Shown here: positions 40,492 to 55,050 of the stretch, one piece after another
How positions within the stretch are numbered: position 1 is the first letter of the stretch
Layout of the letters: the number at the start of each line of letters is the position of its first letter
Source: Utricularia gibba
Lineage: Eukaryota; Plantae; Magnoliophyta
DNA: 64,000 bases
Direction: 5' to 3'
Assembly (NCBI GenBank): GCA_002189035.1
Contig: CM007989.1
Location: 8,122,001-8,186,000, forward strand
The notes under the pieces: generated by a model
Told to the model about the DNA's origin: nothing
Databases searched by the model: none
The model's input: the letters and a program-made list of their open reading frames with translations, nothing else
Program-made: the position numbers and the translations under genes

Positions 40492-43369
40492 TCAGTTAGC
40501 TGCCTTCTCCGTTCGCTTCCCCTCGCTGCTGGATCCAGACGGGTTCAGACCGTACTCGCTCGTCGGATTGCTGTACTGATCACTGCTTCCATATTCATGG
40601 CTTCCCAACGCCACCCTCCTGAACTTCTGCAAGTCTTCGTTGTATTGGGGGGCATCATAGTCTGAGCTTCCGTACGAACTGTACAAGGTGCTCTGACCCG
40701 GACGGATTCCTTCGTTCAGTGCGGATAGGGAGACGTCGCCTTCTAAGGCTCTCACAACCTGTGCAGAAAAACAGTGTCAGGGAACTGTCTTCTCCGATGG
40801 GGAGAACACCTCAGAGGGTAATACATGATACCTGACTCAGCCGCGGCCGCCTCCTTGCTGAGTGCCGGACACAGGCAGCTGCACAAGCCACCATGCGGGC
40901 CATCTCGTTGTGGTTGTAGTTGTTTCCTAGACGTTGATAAGCGAGAGCATCGAAGTTCCCTTCATCAAGTGCTCGTGTAAGCAAAGGCCTAGCCTGCAGA
41001 ACAGATGCATTCCCTTCTCAACAAACCAGTGGAAGAGTTTGTAGTACGTAGAGAATCATCAAAAAGGTTATGGACACGGAAACACACCCAATCCACTAAG
41101 CTATCATCCATGTAAGACTGAGTCGAGTCGACGGGGCGACGGCCAGTAATCAACTCGAGAAGCACCACACCGAATGAGAACACATCGGACTTATCCGTCA
41201 GTTTCCCAGAAGATGCATACTCAGGAGCTAAATATCTAAGTAACAAACGAACATTGAGAAACATGTGCATCCAAGAACTTGAGCTAAGAAATATTGAAGC
41301 AGGTATATCGAACACAAATTCCTCACCCAAAAGTTCCCATCACTCGGGTAGATATGTGAGTATTTAAATCAGAAGAAGATTTTGCCAGTCCAAAATCTGC
41401 AACCTGAGGAAATAAATGATGCTTGATGGTATCGTAGAAGACACAAAGACATGCATCAGACATGCAACCTCGGTGGAAACCTCACCTTGGCTTCAAAGTT
41501 GAAGTCTAAAAGGATGTTAGATGCCTTGATATCTCTATGAATGATTTTTGGATGGCCTGCTCACCAACGACAAATGCAAAACTGAGTTTGGATATAGCAT
41601 GGCATCACTACTAAATATAACCAGTGTGGACATACAATCTTCATGCAGATAAGCGAGTCCTCTTGCAGAACCTAGAGCAATCTTCACTCGTGTTGGCCAA
41701 TCCATTGCAGGTCTTCCCTTTCCTGCAAAAGAGTACCATGTTAGATGCTTCTGATCTTCGGATCCTCCTAAAGAACCAGGTATCTTCATTTTTAGCAGTG
41801 GATTAAACAAAAAAGGACAAGTGAACTGAGCACTAACCATGCAGATGGAATTCCAGCGTGTTGTTCGGAACAAACTCATATACAAGCATTCTCTGGCTTC
41901 CCGAGATGCAATATCCAACTAGTGATACAAGATGCCTATGGTGCACTCTGCTGATGATCTCAACCTCGGCCTGGAACTCACGTTCCCCTTGTCCACTTCC
42001 AGCTTTTAGTTGCTTAACTGCAACCACTTCACCATTTGGAAGCATTCCCTTGTGTACATATCCAAAACCACCTTGCCCGAGGAGGTTTGCATTTGAAAAT
42101 CCATCTGTAGCCACTTCGAGTTCTTCATATGTGAATGTACTCTTTGAAAAGCCTAAAGCCATGCCGGGTGATGGTGGTGGGGGTGGCAGACGGCCTTCCA
42201 CCCCAGAGTAATTTGAAGCAGAACCTCCACTGCTGTTCAAGAAGGGAGGAGGGGGAGGAGAAATCTGGGATGAGGCGGCCTTGATGCCCCTCCAGGTGGG
42301 GGAGATAACTTAGGAGGAGCCATCACCATGTGATCAGGTGGCTGTGGCACGTTATGCTGCCAATTTTGTACTGGAGCACCATATGACTCAACTGGAAGAC
42401 ACAGAAAAAACATAAAATACATCTTGCTCTAACAATTTTTTGGAAAAAAAGATCACACCAATCAGAAAATTGACGGTTCCTTTTAAATTTCTAGCGTTAA
42501 TGGCCTAGTGAATCAAAAGAAGTTCCTTTTTTTCATCCTCCAAGTTTTCTCGAACAGCTAATCACATGAGTCCCCTTCTCCTCCTAGAATCGCTAATGCA
42601 CATAACATCTCAAGTTAAAAAAATGAATCTTTTTCAATATGTAAACCATACTTAACACTCCATCAGAGAACAAAAATTCAGAAAACGGGAGATCAGCTTA
42701 TAATGTAGAAGAATAGAATCAACCAATATGATCAAAGACAGGATTTCGAGTTTAAATCTAGTTAAAATCGGAACCTTTAGGCCCAGGTGGTGGAGGGGTG
42801 ATGTAGTACTCTGATGCTGGTCTTTTTCGCTTCTTCTTGCAGCAAAGAAAAAACACTGTCAAAATTAGCAGAATTGCAACACCTCCGACGGCTACACCCA
42901 CCACCAACCCCGTCGATATTCCTGAGGAATCGCCAGAGGAAGTTGGGGATCCTCTAGTTCCAGATGGCGACGGAGGAGAAACAGTTCTCGTTGGCGACGG
43001 CGGCGAGCCCCTACCGGAGGGCGTTCTAGGGGCAGGCGGCGACCCACCTCCAGAAGAATGTGTAGGGGGCGGAGGAACAACGGATCCAGACGGAGGGATA
43101 GCGCTCGGAGGGGACGAGGAATTGACTGGAGGCGGAGCCGGAGACGGGGGAGAAGGCAATGGAGGCGCCGGCGGAGATACTACAACTGATGGAGGCGGAG
43201 AAGACTCCGGCGGAGGGGCACCAGTTGGAGGGGCAGAGTTCGCCGCAGGCGGCGCGGCCAGCGGCGGAAGCACGACCCCCGGAGCAGGCGGCGTGGAGGC
43301 TACAGGTGGAGGAGCAGTATTATTGGCAGCCGGCAATGGTGGGGACGCTACCGGCGCCGGCGATGACAT
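40492..43369 (-). CDS. PERK1: Proline-rich extensin-like receptor kinase, PERK1-like; 1-nt gap at 42267-42269
   Basis: Pro-rich ectodomain, TM helix ([29 protein letters not shown]), [77 protein letters not shown]. Confidence 0.95.
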
Positions 43370-43773
43370 TCTCCAGAACCCTTGCACTATCAGACCAAAT
43401 TGGGAGTACTGAGTTTTCCAGAAGCCGCCGAAAATTCTCACTTTACACCTCCGACGGAGAGAGAGAAATGACGAAGCAATGGGATGGAAAGCACTCCTTT
43501 TTTCCTTCACACCAATTTAAAAAATAAAAAATTTATCTTCTAAATTCTATTAAAATTAAGAATATCCACCTGCACCAACCCTAGAGGATTACCCCCCACG
43601 CGTAATTAGGCTGTAAATGAGGGGGGGATTAAATCAAATAGACTTCCCTACAATTTAATACCATTTCTTAATACGCACGTGACGCTGTCGTAGGAAGCAT
43701 GTGCGGGGCCAGAAATGAAATTATTCGTAACCACAGGGGAGAAAGTATAAATAATTAGTTTAAAATTTACTAC

Positions 43774-44747
43774 CTATGCGTAGTGGCAGGAGCTGCCCAG
43801 AAATTTAACGTGTCGACCGAGTCGGGGATCAACGAAGAACGTGCACGCGACGCGCCGCCTGTGTTTGGCCCTGAGCAAGCTTCCCAATATATTCCCACAT
43901 GATTCGATCTCAAGTTGCAGCTCCATCGGAATGCCGCGATTCCGGTCGAGGGGCTCTGTGACTGCCCCGTAGAGCGGGACCCCTTTCCCTACGAAGGTCA
44001 CCCACGACCTCCGCTCGCTCTTCCTCGGCTGGTAGTATCTGTGCATCTGCACAGAAAACTGCAATTCGGTGTTGCTGGAATGGGAAAAGGAGAGGAATTC
44101 TTCGTTAAACCTGGCCGTTTGCTATGGTGACTTGGGAGAAGAGGAGGTTGGCGTACGGACTGCTCACGTGAATCCCGTAAAACGTCGCCGTATTGGACAC
44201 GGTGAGGTTCGCCGAGCAGTTCACCCAAATCAGCCATGTCGGGACTCCCGATCGATCAGACCCCCGCCCCATGTCTATTCTGTTCATCACCAGGCTCTGC
44301 GGAAGCGCCAGAGCCACCAACACATTACCCATACATTGCAGAGACAGGATCGATCACCAGATGGAATGCCGAGGATGGTACCTTGAGGGAGACGCGAGGT
44401 TTGAAAGGCATAGCGGCGGCCCAGAGGACGACGAAGGCCGCGAGAACAGTGAGGACGAGAGTCAATACAATGTACAGAAACCGGGCCGATCGAATCGAAT
44501 ACGCATCGTCCTGCGCCTCCTCCGCGACGATCTCGCAGTAGTGCTTGTTCCATCGGGCGCGACGGTGGTCGGAGAGGCGGGTGAAGTTGGTGGACGCCGG
44601 CGAACTACGCGGAACCGAAGGAGAGTCGGAAGGACTGCTGCTGCGATCGGAGGAGACCTTGTCGTCGCTCTCGTCCTGGGAGTTTGAGTCGCGCGACGGA
44701 CTCTCCACGTAGTAGTTCTTGGGAGACGAGGAGGCGTCGGATTCCAT
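43774..44747 (-). CDS. LEA_2 / NHL-like single-pass membrane protein, three exons
   Basis: YYVESPSRDS, TM segment (FLYIVLTLVLTVLAAFVVLWAA), GSDRSGVPT...VNCS...ATFYGIHVSS, YYQPRKS...KGVPLYGA...KHRRRVAC. Matches the recalled plant LEA_2 subfamily. Confidence 0.85.
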
Positions 44748-45385
44748 TACCGGAGTTAACACATATTTACCATGGTGATTAATTGCTAATTAAACCTCCC
44801 TCCATATAACCCTACCTGATCCAAGTATTAAGGCAAGTCGGTTAATTCGGGAGAGACGAGAAAAACTCGTTCCTACCAACTTTTTTAATACATTATATTT
44901 ATGTTCAAAATAATAATAATTTAATTTAGATTTTCTTCAATTGAACATATTTGTCTGAGGTATAATTTTTTAATTAACTTTTTATTTAATATTAGAATGA
45001 ATATTCAAAAAAATGATAATTTTTAATTTATATATATTACAAAAATCAGAATAATATAATTCATTTATAAAATTGACTATTTTTTTCAAGCAATATCTAA
45101 CATATGACCAAATTTCTAACTCATACTAAAAACATTTGTGAAATGTTATAATTCACTTTGAAAATTCAGATATTAAAACGTCAAAATTAGGAAATATTCA
45201 ATTAAAAAAGGACTGTCGAAAAAGCAGCTGCTCATAGAATGGAAGTGAATGGTTCGGAGTTGCCTGCAGAGCGCATGGCATTGCAAAGACGACAGACGAT
45301 ATTCTCAAGTGTTCAATCGCATTCAAATACGCTGCCGACGCTTGAGTTCAGTTTGAACAGCTTATTCAGGGACGGAAATGCCGGC

Positions 45386-48119
<2,734 letters not shown>

Positions 48120-48650
48120 CACTAAGAATCCTCGAGATCGAGACGTAGAGAAAGGCTGCGGGGTGGAAGGGTCTCCGTCTGCAAAAGATCGACGCCGATC
48201 AGATGAAAATGGTGGGCGCCCCTCTTGGCGGCCCACGGCTTCAGACTTTTTCCGGTTTCGGGTAACTGCACGCGCACCGTCATCGACGTGGCGCGTGGAG
48301 TTCGCTCCACGTTCTTGGCCCCCACACTAAGAGAATAAACAAACTTTATTGCAAAGCAGATACGCTTCATTTCTTTCATTATTATTGGTGGAAATGACGA
48401 CATAATCGAGGAATTATATTAAAAATATATTTATTATTATTAAAAAATGAAATTCAATTTTATTATTTTTTAAATTAATTTACTATAAAAAGGGGGGGGG
48501 GGGAAGGAAATCTAACCTTATCTAGAAAATGACCAAAATATGGTTATTAATTTGCCACGCAGACCCCCCACAATATCTCTTTATTCTTTTTCACTCCCTA
48601 AAAAACCGGTCCTAATTCCCCTTCACTCATTGCTCATCTCGCGACCAGAA

Positions 48651-49019
48651 ATGGCTTCAATCTCAGCGGCAATGGGAACGCCGGTCGCCTCCGCTGCAAC
48701 CAACCGGCTGCCGGCTGTGTCTTCTGACGCATTCTTCAAGCCACTCCCTGTCAGATTGCCCCGACAATTCAGGGCTGCTACCAGCTCAGCCCCCAAGCTC
48801 AGAGTGGATGCGTCTCTGATGAAGAAGGCCGTCTCTGGAGCTGCGGCTGCAGGTGTTGCAGCGTCGATGGTGCTGCCCGAAGCGGCGATGGCGGCGGATG
48901 GGTTGACCCCGTCTCTTAAGAATTTCCTGCTCAGCATTGTGGCTGGAGGAGTCGTACTTGCGGTGATTGGCGGTGCTGTTATTGCGGTGGCGAATTTCGA
49001 TCCGGTTAAGAGGACTTGA
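48651..49019 (+). CDS. PSBX: Photosystem II subunit X precursor (nuclear-encoded)
   Basis: Bipartite transit peptide ending A-M-A, mature [19 protein letters not shown]...[10 protein letters not shown]. Confidence 0.96.
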   Translation: MASISAAMGTPVASAATNRLPAVSSDAFFKPLPVRLPRQFRAATSSAPKLRVDASLMKKAVSGAAAAGVAASMVLPEAAMAADGLTPSLKNFLLSIVAGGVVLAVIGGAVIAVANFDPVKRT

Positions 49020-50246
49020 TTGAAAACGGTGGTGGGATCCTCTGTCTCTTTTTACTTTTGTGTATTAACTCACCAATGTACAACATCTTTTGTGTCTCGT
49101 CATTCATATCATCGATCCATCCTTGAGACGAAATCACATTATTTGTATTAGTTTTGAAGAGGAGAATTAGAACAGATGAGGCTTTAACAAACTTTTGTTG
49201 AGACAACTTGGGAAGTTTTATGGTAAATGCAACAAAAATGTAGTGAAGTCGGATCTTGTAAGCCAGGCCCTATCCTGGGATGAACTTGGCGGTGTCCTCT
49301 GTGTAGACATGAGCCTCACTATCCAACCTGAACACAGAGATAAAAGGTTGCTTAGGGGATTTTAGGGGACAATGAAAGAACAGGGGATCAGATTCATTTG
49401 ATTGTATGCTCACGGTAGGCGCATCAAATGATCCCATGTTCAAGTAGAGTAGCTCCCCATCGATTCTTTCTTCAATCCTCTTGTCGATTTCTCCGGCATC
49501 TACAATGAGTTTGGAGTCAGAGGGGTGGATACCGGAGAACCAACTCACTGTAAAAGGAAGCTTAAAAGAAGGATGAGAAGATTGCATTTGAGCCACATGA
49601 CTCACAGTCACGCATCCCCACGCATCAGTAAAGGAATGGACAGAGCAGTGCAGGCAACATCTGCAAGTACGCATACATGATAGCAGATAGCTCCACTCAA
49701 TGCCACCTCTGGAATAAAGATTGGTTCTTTGGTTCGTTCAGGGTGTATTGTGGGGGAAAATCTGATGGTTGGTTCTGGGACATTGCTGGGCCTGATGTGA
49801 GAATTGGGAAACCGACTAAGCAGGGTAAAGCTTCTTTTTTTGTGATATGTTTGTGTTTGTGGCTCTGGATATTCAATAGTCTTTCAGCTTTTAGTTTCTA
49901 TGGAGAAAACAAGTAGTGTGTACCCGCAGATCATCCTGAGCCAAGAGATGATTGCTCAGACTCTGCATTCAAGCGAGTAAACACAGCTGCAATGGCTGCC
50001 TGGTCTTGGAGATAAGGTACAGGTTCGAAGTTTGTTCTTTTATAGATGCGTTTCTGTTTGCTTTTCGAAGGTGCATGGACTAGCAAGAAATGTATGAAAA
50101 TCCATGCGAGCTGACACAAATTAGTAGAGAAAGAATAAGCATAATGCTAAGTGCTCAGAGTTACTGTAATCCCTCTGTGTTCCATCTTCTGCAAGCACTG
50201 CTTGTGTGATCTTCTATTATCCCCTTGCTCTGCATCCTCCTGTTCT

Positions 50247-50734
50247 TCATCTGCTGCATTCTCTTGCAGTGAATCTTTCCAGATGACCCACACTCCGGGC
50301 GCCTGTCTTCCACCGTATGATCCGAAACCGAACACAGCACTCTATTCTAACAATGAAATCATGATCTGAATTGCTCAGGTTCACTACCTTCACTTGAATC
50401 TCCTTCACATCAATGCTCCTGTACCCCTGATGAAACCCCTCACTCTTCCTTCTTCCAACCAGCTTACCTCCCGGAACAACTCCAAACTAATCCCGTCTTC
50501 GTAGTACACATCCATGCGCTTGTTGGGATTAATGATCTGGATTCCGATGCTCAAAGCCATGCTACTGCTTGGCGCGTCCTGACCGGGAAAGCAAAGGTGG
50601 AGAACTGTGAAAACCGGGAACTTTGGCGTGAGGCTGAGCCATGAGAGTGCAGCTGCGGAGCTGAGAACGAGGACCACACCACAGAGCCAGCAGCAGAGAC
50701 CAAGTGCAGGCTGTTCCGTTCGAAGAAGCCTCAT
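50247..50734 (-). CDS. NDR1/HIN1-like (LEA_2) protein, about 162 aa after a 1-nt correction at 50470-50472
   Basis: CCWLCG-hydrophobic TM-WLSLTPKFPVFTV...IINPNKRMDVYYE. The shifted frame continues GFHQGY...VRFRIIRWKT, resembling NHL C-terminal motifs. Confidence 0.72.
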
Positions 50735-52779
50735 TTCGTCCCCTGGAAGAAGATGAAGGAAGTTGGAGTGATGGATATAGTAACGTAATCCCGGGGAAGA
50801 AGATCAAAAGCTTTCACAGACGGCGGGGAATTCCATGGGACGTAGGTTTAATGCACAAAATAAATAAATGGGTAAATATATTATTATATTGAATATCTCT
50901 TATTTTTTTTAATATTTAGAATTTTTTAAAACACGGATATAATGTTTAAATTTATAATCATATTTATGTATATATCTAATTATTTCATTTTTTAAAATAC
51001 AATATAAAAATTTTTTTGGATATGTTCTTTTGGTTGAGAACACGCCAAAAATTGCAAACATTGCATCTGTCTTGTGTGTACACGCCAAAAAAGCAGCGCA
51101 TAGCGCAGCTAACAAACATTACATGATGCTGTTGGTTCGTTGTTTGCTTGTAGCCTTCTTCCTGTAAGTGATTCCCGGTTCTCCGGCCCTCCGGAGTTTC
51201 AGGAACTCGCCGTTTGTTTCCTAGATCAACTCAGCTGAAACAAGAAGAAGAAGAAGAAGAAGGCCCAGACTTCGTCGTTCGATATGAAGCCATCCATAGC
51301 CATGGAATCCGCCTCCGCTGATTCCCAGGAGTTCTTCGCCGTAAACGTGGAGAGGCTGGAAGAGATGACTCCGGGCTCGAGAATTCCGGTGAGTAGCAGT
51401 TGATGAAAACTGACTATTTTTTATGTTGTGGTCAAGCTCTCCTGAAAACGGTGATGAAAAGGAAAACACGAGATGATTGACTAGTTTTTTGAATTTCATG
51501 AAAGGTGGCGGATGTGAGGTCGCTGCGGAGTCATTCACGGCAGCCAACCAGTGCCACTCTTTCTTCTCCGGCAACACGTAAGCGCTCCAATCCTCCTTCC
51601 TCTCCTTTTTTTTTTTTTAAAAAAATGTCATTAAGCATAATTAATTATTATTCATATTTTCGTTTATCAAATTTATCCGAATACAAAATATTCGGAAATA
51701 CCCAATCTTTGTTGGGTCTGAATCGGGTAGAGATGATAAGATAAGATAAGGACCATGACCCGAAAGCAACCCCAATAAACGATTCAAAAAAAAATAAATA
51801 TGACGTATTATTTTTCTGGCAGTTTTTACCGTTACCAAAAACCCTGTGTGGGCATGGGCATGCAATGCGACAGTTACGTTGCCGGAGTTGAGAGGATTCT
51901 GCTGTCGGCGGTTCGCGGCGGGTCCGAGAAGAATCCTGCTCTTGTCTGCATTGGCGTAAGCCCTCCTCCTCCTCCTTCTTCTTCTTCTTCTTCTTCTTCT
52001 GAACTAAGGCGCGGCTGAGCTGTGGCAGGTCGTGCGTGGGAACCAGTGTGCTGATCTACCTGAGCCTTGCCCACCCCCAAGTTCAACGGGAATCGCCATA
52101 GCCACGGCGGATTCCTGGCTGTTTCTCGCCGGAGATGGAAGAGGGTTGTGTGTAGATGATGATGATGCCCCTTTGGCCTTTTCAAACAGAAGCCCATTTC
52201 ATCACCATCCCAGTTCCTTCAATAGAACTTGTACTCTCATGACATACATATATATGGAATATAGTTTAAATTGCTTAGTTTCAATGTATAGCGAAGTTTT
52301 GCATAATATAAAATTGATTTTAAATGTCTGTTTTAAATAAAAAACTATCAAAATGTCGGATTTAAATAAAAAAAATTTCAAAAAAATGTTTATGGAATGG
52401 TATTTAATAATATAATTAACACGAGATTTAAACTGTTTTTTGTTCAATTTATTGGAATAAATTAAAATGGTTTTTCCGGGTCTCGCTTTTTGTTTTTCTA
52501 TTGTGTATTTGCCACTTCCCTCGGATGGAGCAGTTTTGCTTTTGAAGGGCGACTACTGAATCCATCCGGTGAAGTTGTCGGACGGATCGTTGCGAATCTG
52601 AGTGATTCGTAGTGAGTTCTATTGGAGATTTGGAGCTATTGACTATCAAATAATGGCTTTGAATCGTTTACGATTTTTGGGCGGATGTGAATATATTTTT
52701 TTTTGTTGTCATGGTCGTGTAAGAGCTGTTTGTGTTGATTTGGTGATTGTCGACAGGCTGTTGATCTGGGGTGTACGAA

Positions 52780-54390
52780 ATGGAGATAGCGACTGGGTAC
52801 CAATCTTTTCTGAAGAACAGGTATTGGGTACTGAGACACGGAAAAAGCATCCCGAATGAAAGAGGGATTATTGTTTCGTCTCTGGTTTGTTTTATATACT
52901 GTACCCTCCAGATTTTAGGTATAAGCGCATCGTCTGTGATTAGTTGCTTGCTGCTTCATTCTTTCAGGAGAATGGGGTACTCGATGACTATCAACTGGCA
53001 TGTGATGGAGTTAGGCAGGCTCGTGTGGCTGGGGAATCGTTCCTCGAGGCAATTTGCACTATAAATGATGTTGTTTGCACCACATTGTGGATTGTGTTTG
53101 CCTCAATTTCATGCATTTTCTTGTTAATCGCATGGCCTGTCGGGGCTCTTTATGATGCTAAATGAATATCTCGTAGAAGATGTCGGTGGCATTCTATACG
53201 TAATTTCTATGCTTAATGCTTATGAATATGCTTGCACTGAGAAGATGAAGTCCTCATCTTGCAGGTATTGAAATCAAAGGCAATCGATATTCAGAATGTC
53301 CGGATATGCTATTCACCATTCTCGAGAACTCGTCATACAGCAAATGTTGTTGCTTCTTTTCTAGATATCCCATTTGAAGGATCACAATGCAGGGTAAGTT
53401 TTGTATCCTACTCATTCGTACCGTTAAATCTCAACAGGGGCATTGAGTATTGCCTACGAGTGTGCCGGAATTGAAAATTCGAAACAAAAAGGATGAGCAT
53501 GAGGTGTATATATAGCACACCAAGAACATTGGAAGTCTTTTGGTATGCGAGTGCCTAAAACTAGAACTCTTCCGTGTGTAGGCTCTGGAGCAGATTCGGG
53601 AAAGATATTTTGGTCCATCATTTGAGTTGAAGTCTCACGAGAAGGTAACCTTACTCGATTGCCATTTCTGTTTCAGTATCTTCTTTCCTCTGCCATCCCT
53701 GTAATTTAAGTTTTTCCATTCAAGATATTGCTCACCCTGCAATGCTAATGCCTTCTCCAAGCATTTTAAAGACCTGCCATAGGGTCCATAGCTGCAAACT
53801 TAAGGATTACACAATTTAGCATTAATGTTAGGTCTATTGTGCTTTTAGTAATGAAAGACCATATGTGGTTTTTTTTACTCACTCGCTTTAAACATATCCC
53901 TTGGCAACTCAGTTTTTTCATCGTTGTTTATGTACTGTTAACTCTGAAGTACGCCGAGATCTGGGCTTTAGATGAAAAGGACCCCTTCATGAGGCCTGAA
54001 GGTGGAGAAAGTGTTGCAGATGTCTCCACTAGGCTGGCAACTGCTTTGGAAATAATGGAATCAGAGTTTGAAAGGTAATAAATATTTCTGTTCCCATACA
54101 GAGGAGAGGGATCACATTTTCACTTCACAATATTTCTGCACACAATAAAAAAAACTTGAATAGTTTCTCTGATCCATGCCATCCCCGCTCTTAATCTCTG
54201 TAGGTGCACAGTTTTGGTGGTGAGCCATGGTGATCCTCTGCAGATACTGCAGACAATCTTTAACTCCATGAAAAACGATGGGGATGGAGGTGATTTGAAG
54301 TCTAAAGTAGTGAAAGCCCAGGCACATCCTGTTCTATCGCAGCACAGGAAGTTTGCTCTTGAAACTGGAGAACTTAGACAATTGCTTTAG
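52780..54390 (+). CDS. Phosphoglycerate-mutase-like histidine phosphatase family protein
   Basis: NRYWVLRHGKSIPNE (RHG motif), YSPFSRTRHTA, RERYFGP, IWALDEKDPF.PEGGESVADV, LVVSHGDPLQILQT, FALETGELR; six GT-AG exons. Confidence 0.92.
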
Positions 54391-54948
54391 CTACGGGTCG
54401 GTTTCAAAACCGAGTCAAAGGAATCCGATTTGAACCCATCAAATTCGGGTTTGACAGGTTAATATATGCATTGATGTTTCATTTTTTTTATTACGATTTG
54501 ATCATGATCATGATTACTTACGGTTTAACGTCGGTTTAATACATCACGAACTAATCATGATTTAATTACGTTTTTTATAAAATATTTAAAAAGTCTTAAT
54601 CGTAATTTTTAAAAAACGTTCAATTCCATCATAATTTTTAAATTTAGAATCTTTTATAATAATGAAAAAGGCAGGAGGAATTGCTGGGTCCTGGGCTGAG
54701 TTTTGAGAAATGGGCTTCCAACGGCGAGGAGAGGAGTTGGGCCAACGGTACAGAAGACGACTCAGTGACTGACGTTTCTTTTTGTTTTTAGGAGAACGGC
54801 TCTTGAAAGAAATTGAAGCGGGAGTCAGAGGAAATCCCTGAAGAACAGGCGATGGAAGAGATAACAAGAATCGCCAAGTCTCCCGATTTGCACGCCACGG
54901 TTGATGGCTTAACGAATTTGCTTCATCAATGGGGGTGCGGCTGCATCT

Positions 54949-54955
54949 ATATAAG
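54949..54955 (+). promoter_or_regulatory. TATA box of GBSSI
   Basis: CTATATAAG about 100 nt upstream of ATG 55051. Confidence 0.6.
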
Positions 54956-55050
54956 GGGCCTTGTTTCGACGAAGATGGCCCTCCAGCTCCCCGAAGCAGC
55001 GCCTGCATTTCGCCTTAAGCGCGGCGAAGTGACGTAATACACTAGCTGCC

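Noticed and set aside
43086-43106. 13-nt identity to miR390 (GGAGGGATAGCGC), making PERK1 mRNA partly complementary
   Set aside because: The match covers only miRNA positions 8-20; positions 1-7 mismatch, so targeting is unlikely.
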